Origin: Synechococcus elongatus PCC 6301
Lineage (GTDB): Bacteria; Cyanobacteriota; Cyanobacteriia; Synechococcales; Synechococcaceae
Assembly (NCBI RefSeq): GCF_000010065.1
Contig: NC_006576.1
Span: 2,430,001-2,462,000, forward strand
DNA length: 32,000 nt
Direction: 5' to 3'
Shown here one piece after another: positions 17,080 to 26,038 of the stretch. The notes below the pieces were generated by a model. It ran no database searches. It worked only from the letters and a program-made list of their open reading frames with translations, and was not told the origin of the DNA. Positions within the stretch are counted from its first letter, which is position 1; every line of letters begins with the position of its first letter. Position numbers and translations under genes: made by a program.

Positions 17080-18111
17080 CTAGCAAATGCGGGGTAGCTG
17101 TTCGCCACTGAGCATTTCCAACAGGCGATCGCTGCCAAAGGGCTGACGCAACCGCACGAGACCTGGCGTAGCTGATTGGACGATGCCAATGCAACGAGGT
17201 TCCTGTTCTGGCCAAATTTGGCGCAAGATTTGTAGCGCGATCGCCACTTGATCGGTGGGTAGAAACGCCACAAATCGGCCTTCATTGGCAACCTGTAGTG
17301 GGTCTAAACCGAGGATTTCACAGACACCTGCAACTGCTGGATCGACTGGAATCGCCTTAGCCTCGATATCCATCCCAACCCCGACGGCTGCTAATTCATT
17401 GAGGGCACTGGCTAAGCCGCCTCGCGTCAGGTCCCGTAGACAATGAAGATCGATGCCTGCTTCCAGCAAACCCAAGACGGGCGATCGCAAACTTGCGACA
17501 TCACTAGCGAAGGGCAGCTCTAACTCCAGCCCTTCGCGGCAGGCCATGACGGCAATGCCATGTCGCCCAAGATCGCCATTGATCACGATCGCGTCGCCTA
17601 CCTGGATTTGTTGCGGACCAATCTGGCGATCGGGCGGCAACCAGCCAATGCCCGTTGTCGTGATGTAAAGGCCATCAGCCTTCCCGCGCTCAACCACTTT
17701 GGTATCGCCGGCGCAAATCTGAACCCCAGCGGCTTGGGCTGCGCTAGCCATCGACTGCACCAGTGTGTTGAGCGTTGCGATCGCCAAGCTTTCTTCGAGG
17801 ATGAAGCTGGCGGTCAACCGGTGAGGAATTGCGCCCCGCATCAATAAATCATTGACTGTGCCATGCACGGCCAGAGAGCCGATGTCGCCACCGGGGAAAA
17901 ACAGTGGTTGGATGACAAAACTATCCGTGCTGACGGCGATGCGATCGCTCGGTAAAGTTAGGACAGCAGCATCCGCTGCAACCGTTTGCTCTGTCTCAAA
18001 AACTGATCGAAAAACTGTCTCAATCAGCTGATTCATTTGGCGACCCCCGCTACCGTGGGCCATCTGAATGCGTTCGCTGCCGGTCAGAGGTAGCGGACAG
18101 TCCCAGCTCAT
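17080..18111 (-). CDS. hypE: Hydrogenase expression/formation protein HypE
   Basis: AHGSGGRQMNQLI N-terminus, GDTKVVERGKADG, DLTRGGLASALNE, and the diagnostic C-terminus PRIC. Confidence 0.95.
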   Translation of the reverse strand: MSWDCPLPLTGSERIQMAHGSGGRQMNQLIETVFRSVFETEQTVAADAAVLTLPSDRIAVSTDSFVIQPLFFPGGDIGSLAVHGTVNDLLMRGAIPHRLTASFILEESLAIATLNTLVQSMASAAQAAGVQICAGDTKVVERGKADGLYITTTGIGWLPPDRQIGPQQIQVGDAIVINGDLGRHGIAVMACREGLELELPFASDVASLRSPVLGLLEAGIDLHCLRDLTRGGLASALNELAAVGVGMDIEAKAIPVDPAVAGVCEILGLDPLQVANEGRFVAFLPTDQVAIALQILRQIWPEQEPRCIGIVQSATPGLVRLRQPFGSDRLLEMLSGEQLPRIC

Positions 18112-18243
18112 GCGGTGCTTGCCGAAAGAGAGTCTTGCGTGGCAGTCAGTCACTCAGTCTGCGATCGCGGCGGACTTCTGCACTGCTGCTTTTCAAAATT
18201 AAGCTGCTTTGACAGCGAGAGGCTGCAGTTGTGATGAATTGCA

Positions 18244-18283
18244 AGGGCGATCGCAACGTAGCTCTACGACCGGCGATCGCCCT
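18244..18283. other. Nested perfect stem-loop in intergenic DNA (11-bp outer stem plus 5-bp inner stem)
   Basis: AGGGCGATCGC AA CGTAG CT CTACG ACCG GCGATCGCCCT. The outer arms each contain HIP1 and the inner arms are CGTAG/CTACG. Confidence 0.6.
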
Positions 18284-18560
18284 AGAGCGCAAAGACGACC
18301 ATTAGCTACAGGAACGTTCAGGCAGCTTGGGCGCGGCTTCACTCCATTGCAAGACAATAATGGCCTCTTGGGTGGTGGGTGAATGGCTATGAAACTGCCG
18401 TAAAAAGCGCTTGGCCATGGCAATTTGCCTGGCGCTATATTGATGATGCATGATTTAGTTCGCTACCGAATAAACTGCAAATTAGGGCTAAAAATCTTCG
18501 CTGAATTTCTAGCTTTAGACAAATCAAGAGTGGCTCCCTATGAAATCAATTAAACGGAAC

Positions 18561-19199
18561 TCAGACAGCCTCGGGCCTAATCCGTTTCCGACGATAGGGG
18601 CGGTAGACTTCGCGAACGCTAATCTTGGTGATGGATTGCTGAAAGTCTTGATGAAGCTGAGTAATCAAGCGATCGAGTTCAAGTTGTCCAAACTCAGAGA
18701 TAACGATCTCGATGCGGTGATAAAGCTGCTGCGTATTTCGCTGTTTCTTAGCTGATCGCTTGTTCTGCCGAATCACCTTCAAGGCTTGACGAATGGAAAT
18801 ATTTAGTTCTTGACACTCTACAAGCTCGATCCCAACGGGTTGGGATTGAGAGCCGCCGGCTCTATCAATAAAGATCTGGTCATCGAGACTAGGGATGCTA
18901 AGCGCGGTAAACAGCTCATGGCGATGTTCCCAGAGGAAGCGATATTCATCTGCCATGCTGCGCTTGAATGTGCAGTGATTGGATACCCATTCCTCCCAAC
19001 CTCCATTGGAAAGCAGGGCCTTTGCTTGAGTGAGCAAATATCCGATCGCAAGTGATCGCAATAACTTCTGTGATTCTAGCTTTTGAATTTCGAAATACAG
19101 GATATTCGCTTGATGACTAATTTTTGAAATATCTAAGGTTGCAGGTGAAACAATCTCAGCTCTTTGGGGAACCATAGAAGTATGCATTTTAATTTTCAA
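18561..19199 (-). CDS. Hypothetical protein resembling the DUF3102 family
   Basis: ORF of 212 aa with a DUF3102-like segment (LAIGYLLTQAKALLSNGGWEEWVSNHCTFKRSMADEYRFLWEHRHEL) and a basic C-terminus. Family call is from pattern memory. Confidence 0.7.
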   Translation of the reverse strand: MKIKMHTSMVPQRAEIVSPATLDISKISHQANILYFEIQKLESQKLLRSLAIGYLLTQAKALLSNGGWEEWVSNHCTFKRSMADEYRFLWEHRHELFTALSIPSLDDQIFIDRAGGSQSQPVGIELVECQELNISIRQALKVIRQNKRSAKKQRNTQQLYHRIEIVISEFGQLELDRLITQLHQDFQQSITKISVREVYRPYRRKRIRPEAV

Positions 19200-19644
19200 G
19201 TGCTAGGCACTGAAAGAAACAAGATGCCCTTACTTATAGCTGACATTTTTTGAATTTTCAAAAGAATTATCCCGAAGATGAATAAGATTTTTGATGCATG
19301 CGATGAAAGTATTTTTATTGACAATAAAAAAGAGTTTCGGCTTTGAATTTTTTTGACCTAATTGCTCCTTGTACCCTTTGAGCATTTGTCTTTAAAAATT
19401 AAGGTAAAAATAAATATTTTTCTTTAGTGGTTGAAAAATCAGCCCGTTTTATGGCTGACGATGAAACAGGGGAGTAATAAAAAAATCTCATGTATCGTTT
19501 TAAGACATGAATAATGAAATGAAAAATAAATTCCTACGCTGCTGGCATGCGTTTGTATTGAATCGGATTCATAAGGATTAACTTGGGGGAAAAAGTCAGC
19601 AGAGAAGACGATCGCAGAGGTAGCGCCCTGAGAGTGTCCGATTG

Positions 19645-20178
19645 TCATCCCCCCAGAAACAGACCGTTGACTCGCTCAGCCCAGATAAGCCGCAGATGTT
19701 TGGCCCGCGTAACGCCCCAGATTTTGACCCGTGCGTAGGGTGGGGCAATCAAGGCAATCGGTGCTCCCCGTTCAACAGCACTTTGGGCATGGCAATCCCA
19801 GAGCTGTTGTGCAGTGCAAGGAAATGTCAAACCAACGCGGCGCGCGGCATTACGCACAATGCCACTGACCCGAGCTGGGCTGAGAGCAGCGCCATGGCGA
19901 CTCAGAAAAATCAGCGATCGCGCTTGGGTGTCGGGCGATCGTAGGTAGAGGAGATGGCTCCAGCAATGACTAGGCAGGAGCAGTTCACCGCCGCTAGGCA
20001 GGGTCAGCAGCCCTTGATTGCCGCCGATCGCACGGACATCCTGCCAGCGGATCATCGTCAGCTCTTCGGGACGCAGGCCAGCGTAATAAATCAGGCGAAG
20101 CATTGCGTTATTGCGGTGATTTCGCTCCGCTGCTAGCAACTGGCGGAACCAATCTTCGGCACGGTCAAGGGCTGTCAT
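19645..20178 (-). pseudogene. Truncated, degenerate tyrosine recombinase / phage-integrase-like ORF
   Basis: IYYAGLRPEELTMIRWQDV and ALSPARVSGIVRNAARRVGL...AVERGAP resemble the integrase catalytic domain. The N-terminal core-binding domain is missing, and the HxxR and catalytic Tyr motifs are not recognisable. Confidence 0.6.
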
Positions 20179-20301
20179 AGGACATCGCGATCGCCATCAT
20201 CGCCATCACAAGTTGGCGCTACTTTAACGGCCCTGTCTAGCTCAGAACTGTTACCGCCACCACACTCCCCGATAAACTAGTGCCAGTTAGAGACCTGGTC
20301 T

Positions 20302-20595
20302 ATGCCTTGGTTTGTCAAAATCGAGCGAGGGCTGGTGGAAAAAGCAGTTTTTGACCGCTATGTCCCCGCTCATTTGGACTATGTCCGTCAGCTCATTGCC
20401 GCTGGACATCAGGCCAGCAGCGGTTACTGGGGCGAGCGTGGCGGTGGCATGCTGCTCTTCCGGGCCGAGTCGCGGCGGCAGGCAGAGCAAATTGTTGCGG
20501 CAGATCCGCTGGTTCAGGCTGGTTGTGTGACCTACGAACTGCACGAATGGTGTGTGGTCTGCTCTGCAACAGCGCAGAATGGATCTTTGGTGTAA
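20302..20595 (+). CDS. YciI-like (YCII-related) domain protein
   Basis: 97 aa. The pattern FDRYVPAHLDYVRQLIAAGHQASSGYW...LLFRAESRRQAEQIVAADPLVQAGCVTYELHEW matches the YciI fold arrangement. Confidence 0.82.
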   Translation: MPWFVKIERGLVEKAVFDRYVPAHLDYVRQLIAAGHQASSGYWGERGGGMLLFRAESRRQAEQIVAADPLVQAGCVTYELHEWCVVCSATAQNGSLV

Positions 20596-20607
20596 TCACA
20601 GGTAACT

Positions 20608-21072
20608 ATGGCCGATTCCGGCGGCATCAAAGTTCTGAGCGAGAATCGTCAGGCTCGTTTCCAATACGAAATTCTCGAAACCTTCGAGACCGGGATTGAA
20701 CTTCTCGGCACGGAGGTCAAATCGATTCGGGCCGGAAAGGTTAACCTGCGCGATGGCTTTGCTTTGGTGCGCAACGGCGAGGTTTGGTTGCACAACATCC
20801 ATATTTCGCCGCACCAGCAGGCGAGTGCCTACTACAATCACGACCCGCTGCGGACGCGCAAGCTGCTGATGCACCGTGAGGAAATTCGCAAACTGATCGG
20901 TAAGGTCGAGCAAAAGGGGCTGACCTTAGTGCCGCTGAAGATGTATCTGAAGCAGGGCTGGGTGAAAGTCACCCTCGGCTTGGGACGCGGTAAGAAACTG
21001 CACGACAAGCGTGAAACCGAGCGTCGCCGCCAAGATCAACGGGATATTCAGCGGGCAATCAAGCGCGCTTAG
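20608..21072 (+). CDS. smpB: SsrA-binding protein SmpB
   Basis: [40 protein letters not shown]...[24 protein letters not shown]. Confidence 0.97.
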   Translation: MADSGGIKVLSENRQARFQYEILETFETGIELLGTEVKSIRAGKVNLRDGFALVRNGEVWLHNIHISPHQQASAYYNHDPLRTRKLLMHREEIRKLIGKVEQKGLTLVPLKMYLKQGWVKVTLGLGRGKKLHDKRETERRRQDQRDIQRAIKRA

Positions 21073-21104
21073 AGTGCACTGACCCGCACTCCAGCCCTGA
21101 AATC

Positions 21105-22283
21105 TTAGCGGGCGAGGAACTGCGTGATCCTGCGGGCAGCTTCTTCGAGGCGATCGCGGTCGTGTACTAGGGCAAAGCGAACAAAGCCTTCACCGCAGTC
21201 GCCAAAGCCGATGCCCGGCGAAGCGGCGACCCCGGTTTCGGCGACAAGTTTTTCGCAAAACTCCAGCGATCGCGTTTGCCACGGTTCCGGCAGCGGTGCC
21301 CAGAGGTACATGGTTGACACTGGCTTCGGAATCGTCCAGCCGGTAGCGGCCAGTGCATTGATGAAGATATCGCGGCGATCGCGGAAGCGTTGACGGGTCG
21401 CTTCGACACAAGCCTGTGGGCCAGTAAGCGCAGCAATCGCGCCGGCCAAAATGCCTTGATATTGGTTGAAGTCGACCACGGCTTTGAGTCGCCGCAGGGC
21501 TCCAATCAACTCCGCATTGCCGATCGCGAAGCCCACCCGAAAGCCGCCCATGTTGTAGGACTTGGAAAGCGAAAAGAACTCGATCGCCTGCTGTTTCTGG
21601 CGATCAGCTTGGAAAATTGAGGGTACCTCAACCCCATCAAAACCGAGGTCGGGATAGGGGAAGTCGTGGGCGAGCACCAGTTGATGGTGACGGCAGAAAG
21701 CTACAGCCTCTTCAAAAAAGGCTAGCGGTGCGATCGCGGTCGTCGGATTGTGAGGATAGCTGAGGACGAGTAGCCGCGATCGCGACAGAATTTCAGTTGG
21801 AATCGTACTGAAGTCTGGCAAAAAGCCGCGATCGGCCGTCGTCGGGAGGCGATAGATCTCTCCAGCGGCTAGGTAGACTCCGCCTGCATGGGAGGGATAG
21901 CCCGGATCTTGGAGCAGAGCAATCTCGCCAGGCTCCATCACCGCTAGCGGTAGGTGGGCCGTCCCCTCTTGAGAACCTATTAGCAGCAGGACTTCCGTTT
22001 CGGGATCAACACCGAGGCCGAACTTGCGTTCATACCAAGCCGCCGCGACCTGCCGAAACGGGAGTGTGCCCTGATGCAGCAGATAGCCGTGGGTGCTGGG
22101 ATCTTGCAGACTAGCCGCGATCACAGCGACCACATGATCTGGTGCAGGCAGATCCGAGGAGCCGAGGGAGAGGTCAATGACCTCCCGACCCGCTGCGATC
22201 GCTACCGCTTTGGCCCGATCCATATCGGCAAAAACATTGCGTTGTAAGGGTGCGAGCCGCTGCGACAAACGAAAGTTAGGCAT
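21105..22283 (-). CDS. PLP-dependent class I/II aminotransferase (LL-diaminopimelate/aspartate aminotransferase-like)
   Basis: SYPHNPTT and FFSLSKSYNMGGFRVGFAIGN (PLP-lysine motif). Confidence 0.9.
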   Translation of the reverse strand: MPNFRLSQRLAPLQRNVFADMDRAKAVAIAAGREVIDLSLGSSDLPAPDHVVAVIAASLQDPSTHGYLLHQGTLPFRQVAAAWYERKFGLGVDPETEVLLLIGSQEGTAHLPLAVMEPGEIALLQDPGYPSHAGGVYLAAGEIYRLPTTADRGFLPDFSTIPTEILSRSRLLVLSYPHNPTTAIAPLAFFEEAVAFCRHHQLVLAHDFPYPDLGFDGVEVPSIFQADRQKQQAIEFFSLSKSYNMGGFRVGFAIGNAELIGALRRLKAVVDFNQYQGILAGAIAALTGPQACVEATRQRFRDRRDIFINALAATGWTIPKPVSTMYLWAPLPEPWQTRSLEFCEKLVAETGVAASPGIGFGDCGEGFVRFALVHDRDRLEEAARRITQFLAR

Positions 22284-22287
22284 GAAC

Positions 22288-22611
22288 TTAGAGATGGGCG
22301 TTGATCAGGGTCTGAATGCGATCGCGTCCAATGGCACCTTCGACGCGCTCTACCAGTTCACCGTTTTGGAACAGCAACAGCGTCGGAATGCCCTGAACTT
22401 GATAGCGAGCTACCGTCTCGGGATTCGGATCCACTTCCAGCTTGTAGACCGTGAGTTGATCGGCATAGGTCTGGGCGGCCCAGTCCATCAGCGGTGCAAT
22501 TAGGCGACAAGGGCCGCACCAAGGCGCCCAAAAATCGACGAGAACCAATCCTGGGGCTTTCAGAACGGCAGATTCAAACTGCTGATCATTCAGCTCAGTT
22601 GCTGCAGACAT
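22288..22611 (-). CDS. trxA: Thioredoxin
   Basis: VDFWAPWCGPCRLIAPLMD and GIPTLLLFQNGE. Start taken at MSAATELND; the track ORF extends to 22656. Confidence 0.93.
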   Translation of the reverse strand: MSAATELNDQQFESAVLKAPGLVLVDFWAPWCGPCRLIAPLMDWAAQTYADQLTVYKLEVDPNPETVARYQVQGIPTLLLFQNGELVERVEGAIGRDRIQTLINAHL

Positions 22612-22780
22612 CGTGGGACCAAACCTTGAGCGCACAACGATCTTCCAGTGTGCCATTGCGCTCGATGCTCGGGGCGAGATCCTGCCAGAATCCCGCCGGT
22701 CTGTCAGCGTTTGGGAATAGGGCGATTGGGCTGGCTAGATCCCTGCTAGGAAACCTGAGTCCAGCCCTTCTCTGGACGAG

Positions 22781-23761
22781 CTAGGCGAGCCAGCGAGCTG
22801 CATCCTTGGCGTGGTAGGTCAGGATTAGATCAGCCCCAGCCCGCTTGAAGCTAGTCAGGGTTTCTAGTACAACCCGCTCTTCATCGATCCAGCCATTGAG
22901 TGCTGCCGCTTTGACCATCGAATACTCGCCAGAAACGTTGTAAGCGGCGACCGGCAAGTCAGTGGTTTCTTTGATCCGGCAGATAATGTCCATGTAGGAG
23001 AGGGCTGGTTTGACCATGACGATGTCAGCACCCTCGGCCACGTCAAGTTCGACTTCCTTGAGCGCTTCGCGGCTGTTGCCCGGATCCATTTGATAGGTGC
23101 GGCGATCGCCAAATTGTGGAGTTGATTCCGCCGCATCGCGGAAAGGACCGTAGTAAGCCGACGCATACTTAGCCGAGTAGGCCATGATCGGCGTATCGCT
23201 AAAGCCCGCTTCATCCAAGGCATCGCGAATCGTGGCGACAAAACCGTCCATCATGCCGGAAGGGGCAATGATGTCAGCTCCTGCTTTGGCCTGAGACACC
23301 GCTGTTTTGCGCAGCAATTCCAAAGTCGGATCATTGAGGACGCGACCGGAGAGATCACCTACTTCCAGATAGCCGCAGTGGCCATGGGGCGTGTACTCGC
23401 ACAGGCAGGTGTCAGCGGCAACAATCAGCTCAGGCACTGCTTCTTTGACAGCGGTTGCGGCCTTCTGAACGATGCCGCAGTCGTGCCAAGCGCCGGTTGC
23501 ATCGTTGTCTTTGTCGGTGGGAATGCCAAACAGAATGATCGAGGGAATGCCAAGGTCATAGACCTCCTTGGCCTCTTCCACGATCTTGTCGATCGACAGT
23601 TGATAGACGCCAGGCATCGAGGTTACTTCCTTGGCGACGCCCTCACCGGGCACCGCAAACAAGGGATAGATGAAGTCGGCCGAAGTCAACGTCGTTTCGC
23701 GCACCATCCGGCGCAGAGTTTCGGACGATCGCAGGCGACGGGGACGATGCGTGGGGAACAT
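22781..23761 (-). CDS. hemB: Delta-aminolevulinic acid dehydratase (porphobilinogen synthase)
   Basis: [32 protein letters not shown], and [12 protein letters not shown] motifs. Confidence 0.97.
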   Translation of the reverse strand: MFPTHRPRRLRSSETLRRMVRETTLTSADFIYPLFAVPGEGVAKEVTSMPGVYQLSIDKIVEEAKEVYDLGIPSIILFGIPTDKDNDATGAWHDCGIVQKAATAVKEAVPELIVAADTCLCEYTPHGHCGYLEVGDLSGRVLNDPTLELLRKTAVSQAKAGADIIAPSGMMDGFVATIRDALDEAGFSDTPIMAYSAKYASAYYGPFRDAAESTPQFGDRRTYQMDPGNSREALKEVELDVAEGADIVMVKPALSYMDIICRIKETTDLPVAAYNVSGEYSMVKAAALNGWIDEERVVLETLTSFKRAGADLILTYHAKDAARWLA

Positions 23762-23984
23762 GGACTCAGCTGTGGCACGTATTTTCTCAGTTTACGGTGG
23801 CGATTGAGAGCCGCTGCGTCACAAAACATGAAGCTTCTGATCGGGGCTGAAGCAATCGCTCGCTGTAGGAAATCGGATTCCGCTCTTGGGTGTCAGCCGA
23901 CGAGGGAACCTTCCGTAACATTTAGCAATCTTGGATAAAGAAGCTGCCCAAGCTGGTTGCTGCTGTGATTCGTAAAAGATTGGG

Positions 23985-25220
23985 ATGACCTTCTCCACCG
24001 CTGCTACCGCCCTGATTGGACTGGCGATCGCGACTGGATGTGCCAGTTGCAGCTCGGCCTCCTTGCCACCAACTGCTTCAGCCCCTGTGAAGACGGCAGC
24101 GAAGCCCACGGCTTTATTGGTGCCTGAGTCGGTGCCCGAGCTGACTACGGTGGAAGTAACGCCCCTGGTCGAAGGGCTGGAACATCCCTGGAGTCTGGCT
24201 TGGCTTCCCAACGGCGATCTGTTGATTACGGAACGGCCGGGACGGCTGCGATTAGTTCGCCAAGGAAAGCTGGAACCGACTGCGATCGCGGGGTTACCCG
24301 CCGACCTGTTTGCACAAGGTCAGGGTGGCTTACTAGATATTGCTGTTGATCCTCAGTTTGAGCAAAATCGCTGGGTCTATTTCAGCTACGCTGCTGGCAC
24401 CGAAGCAGTTAATCGGGTTCAAGTGGCGCGGGGTAAGCTGAATGGCCTGCGACTGGAGAATGTAGAAGTCATCTTCACCGTGCGGCCCGATAAATCCAGT
24501 GCCCAGCATTTTGGCTCGCGGCTGGCTTGGTTGCCCGATCGCACCTTATTAATTGCGATCGGCGATGGCGGTAATCCGCCCGTGGAACTCAATGGTCGTT
24601 TGATTCGCCATCAAGCCCAGATGCCCGAGAGCGGTTTGGGTAAAATTCATCGCATCAATCGGGATGGCTCTATTCCTGCTGATAATCCGTTTCGGAATCA
24701 GCCCAAGGCTCAAGCCAGCTTATGGAGCCTTGGCCATCGCAATATTCAGGGCTTAGCAGTTGATCCGAAGACTGGAACAGTGTGGTCAACCGAGCATGGA
24801 TCGCGGGGTGGTGATGAGTTGAATCAAATTAAAGCAGGCGAAAATTACGGCTGGCCTGAGGTTACCTTTAGCCAAGAATATTGGGGCGCTGAAATTACTC
24901 CGCTTCGGACTCAAGCTGGCATGATTGACCCGCATTTAGTCTGGACGCCAGCGATCGCTCCTTCTGGGATAACGGTCTATCGTGGTACAAAAGTGCCTGA
25001 TTGGCAGGGCAAGATTTTTGCAGGCGGTTTAGTTGGCCGAGATATTCGCGTCATCCAGCTGTCTCCCGAAGGCCAAGCAACTAATGTTTCGCGTATTCCC
25101 ATCGGAGCGCGAGTTCGGGACGTTCGCCAAGGCCCCAGCGGCGATCTCTATGTATTGACCGATGAGTCTTCGGGCAAGCTCATTCGTGTGCGATCGACGA
25201 CTGCTTCAACTCAAAGCTAA
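23985..25220 (+). CDS. Exported/lipoprotein-like PQQ-dependent sugar dehydrogenase family protein (YliI-like soluble aldose sugar dehydrogenase)
   Basis: Lipobox-like N-terminus (IATGCASC). LEHPWSLAWLPNGDLLITERPGRLRLV, GSRLAWLPDRTLLIAIGDGG, SLGHRNIQGLAVDPKTG, WSTEHGSRGGDELNQIKAGENYGWP. Confidence 0.93.
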   Translation: MTFSTAATALIGLAIATGCASCSSASLPPTASAPVKTAAKPTALLVPESVPELTTVEVTPLVEGLEHPWSLAWLPNGDLLITERPGRLRLVRQGKLEPTAIAGLPADLFAQGQGGLLDIAVDPQFEQNRWVYFSYAAGTEAVNRVQVARGKLNGLRLENVEVIFTVRPDKSSAQHFGSRLAWLPDRTLLIAIGDGGNPPVELNGRLIRHQAQMPESGLGKIHRINRDGSIPADNPFRNQPKAQASLWSLGHRNIQGLAVDPKTGTVWSTEHGSRGGDELNQIKAGENYGWPEVTFSQEYWGAEITPLRTQAGMIDPHLVWTPAIAPSGITVYRGTKVPDWQGKIFAGGLVGRDIRVIQLSPEGQATNVSRIPIGARVRDVRQGPSGDLYVLTDESSGKLIRVRSTTASTQS

Positions 25221-25240
25221 CTGGCTTGAACTGCTGTTTT

Positions 25241-26032
25241 CTAGGCTTGACTCATCCCTTTCATGGCAATCATTTCTAGGGCTGGGCTGCGATCGCCATT
25301 ACAGGCAATCCTGCGAGGCGCTAAACAGGTCATGACTTGAAATCCTAGGGCTTGGTAAAGCTCTAAAACTCTGGGCGTTGCTTGATTAGAAGTAATCACC
25401 GGACCGGTTGCTGAAGCTAGCCACTGGGCAAGTCGAACTTGATCATCCCAAGTAAATCCCTCTTTAGCGTATTGCCGAAATTCGACATCGTAGGGGGGGT
25501 CAGCATAGATCAGATCTTGCTTGCCGACTACTAACTGATCAAAGTCACCGAGATAGAACTGATAATCCTGAAAAAGTTGGGAGTAATCTGAAAAGTCGTA
25601 GCGGTAATGAATCGTTTTATAGCGACCAAAGGGGACATTAAATTCACCCTTGGAGTTGAAGCGGCAGAGGCCATTAAAACCCGTGCGATTGAGATAGTAA
25701 AAATATTGGGCTGATAGGGCTGAAGGTAGCTCAGTCTGATTAAAAGCTTGCCGATATTGATAGTAGAGATCTGAATCGTTTTCGAGGGGAATTGTGATCT
25801 CTAATCCTGCTTTGACCTGCTGGTAGAAGTTGATCAAATGCGGATTAATGTCATTCAAAAGCGCCCGTTTGGGCTGCAAGCTGAGCGTGACAGCCAGCCC
25901 GCCACAAAATGGCTCAACGAGGCGATCGTAGGTGATGCCTTGAACGAGTTCTTGCAGTTTGGGTGCCAGCCAGCGTTTACCCCCAGCCCATTTCAGCGGT
26001 GGCTTCAACGGCGCGATCGCAGGATCAGGCAT
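25241..26032 (-). CDS. DNA adenine methylase, Dam-like (D12 class)
   Basis: PPLKWAGGKRWLAPKLQE, LVEPFCGGLAVTLSL, and catalytic DLIYADPPYDVEFRQY. Confidence 0.93.
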   Translation of the reverse strand: MPDPAIAPLKPPLKWAGGKRWLAPKLQELVQGITYDRLVEPFCGGLAVTLSLQPKRALLNDINPHLINFYQQVKAGLEITIPLENDSDLYYQYRQAFNQTELPSALSAQYFYYLNRTGFNGLCRFNSKGEFNVPFGRYKTIHYRYDFSDYSQLFQDYQFYLGDFDQLVVGKQDLIYADPPYDVEFRQYAKEGFTWDDQVRLAQWLASATGPVITSNQATPRVLELYQALGFQVMTCLAPRRIACNGDRSPALEMIAMKGMSQA

Positions 26033-26038
26033 TGGGCG

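Noticed and set aside
18199-18423. 74-aa minus-strand ORF spanning the nested stem-loop
   Set aside because: Low-complexity Pro/Cys/Arg composition and the presence of the palindrome suggest non-coding DNA.
19439-19648. 69-aa minus-strand ORF in the AT-rich interval
   Set aside because: No motif, and it abuts the end of the integrase remnant. Possible but unsupported.
20608-21072. Search for ssrA (tmRNA) or a tRNA next to smpB as an integration site for the degenerate integrase
   Set aside because: I could not recognise a tmRNA tag-peptide sequence or a tRNA T-loop (GTTCGANNC) structure nearby by eye. tRNAscan-SE/ARAGORN would be needed to exclude it.
23378-23938. 186-aa plus-strand ORF over hemB
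   Set aside because: Mostly antisense to hemB and without a recognisable domain, so probably spurious.
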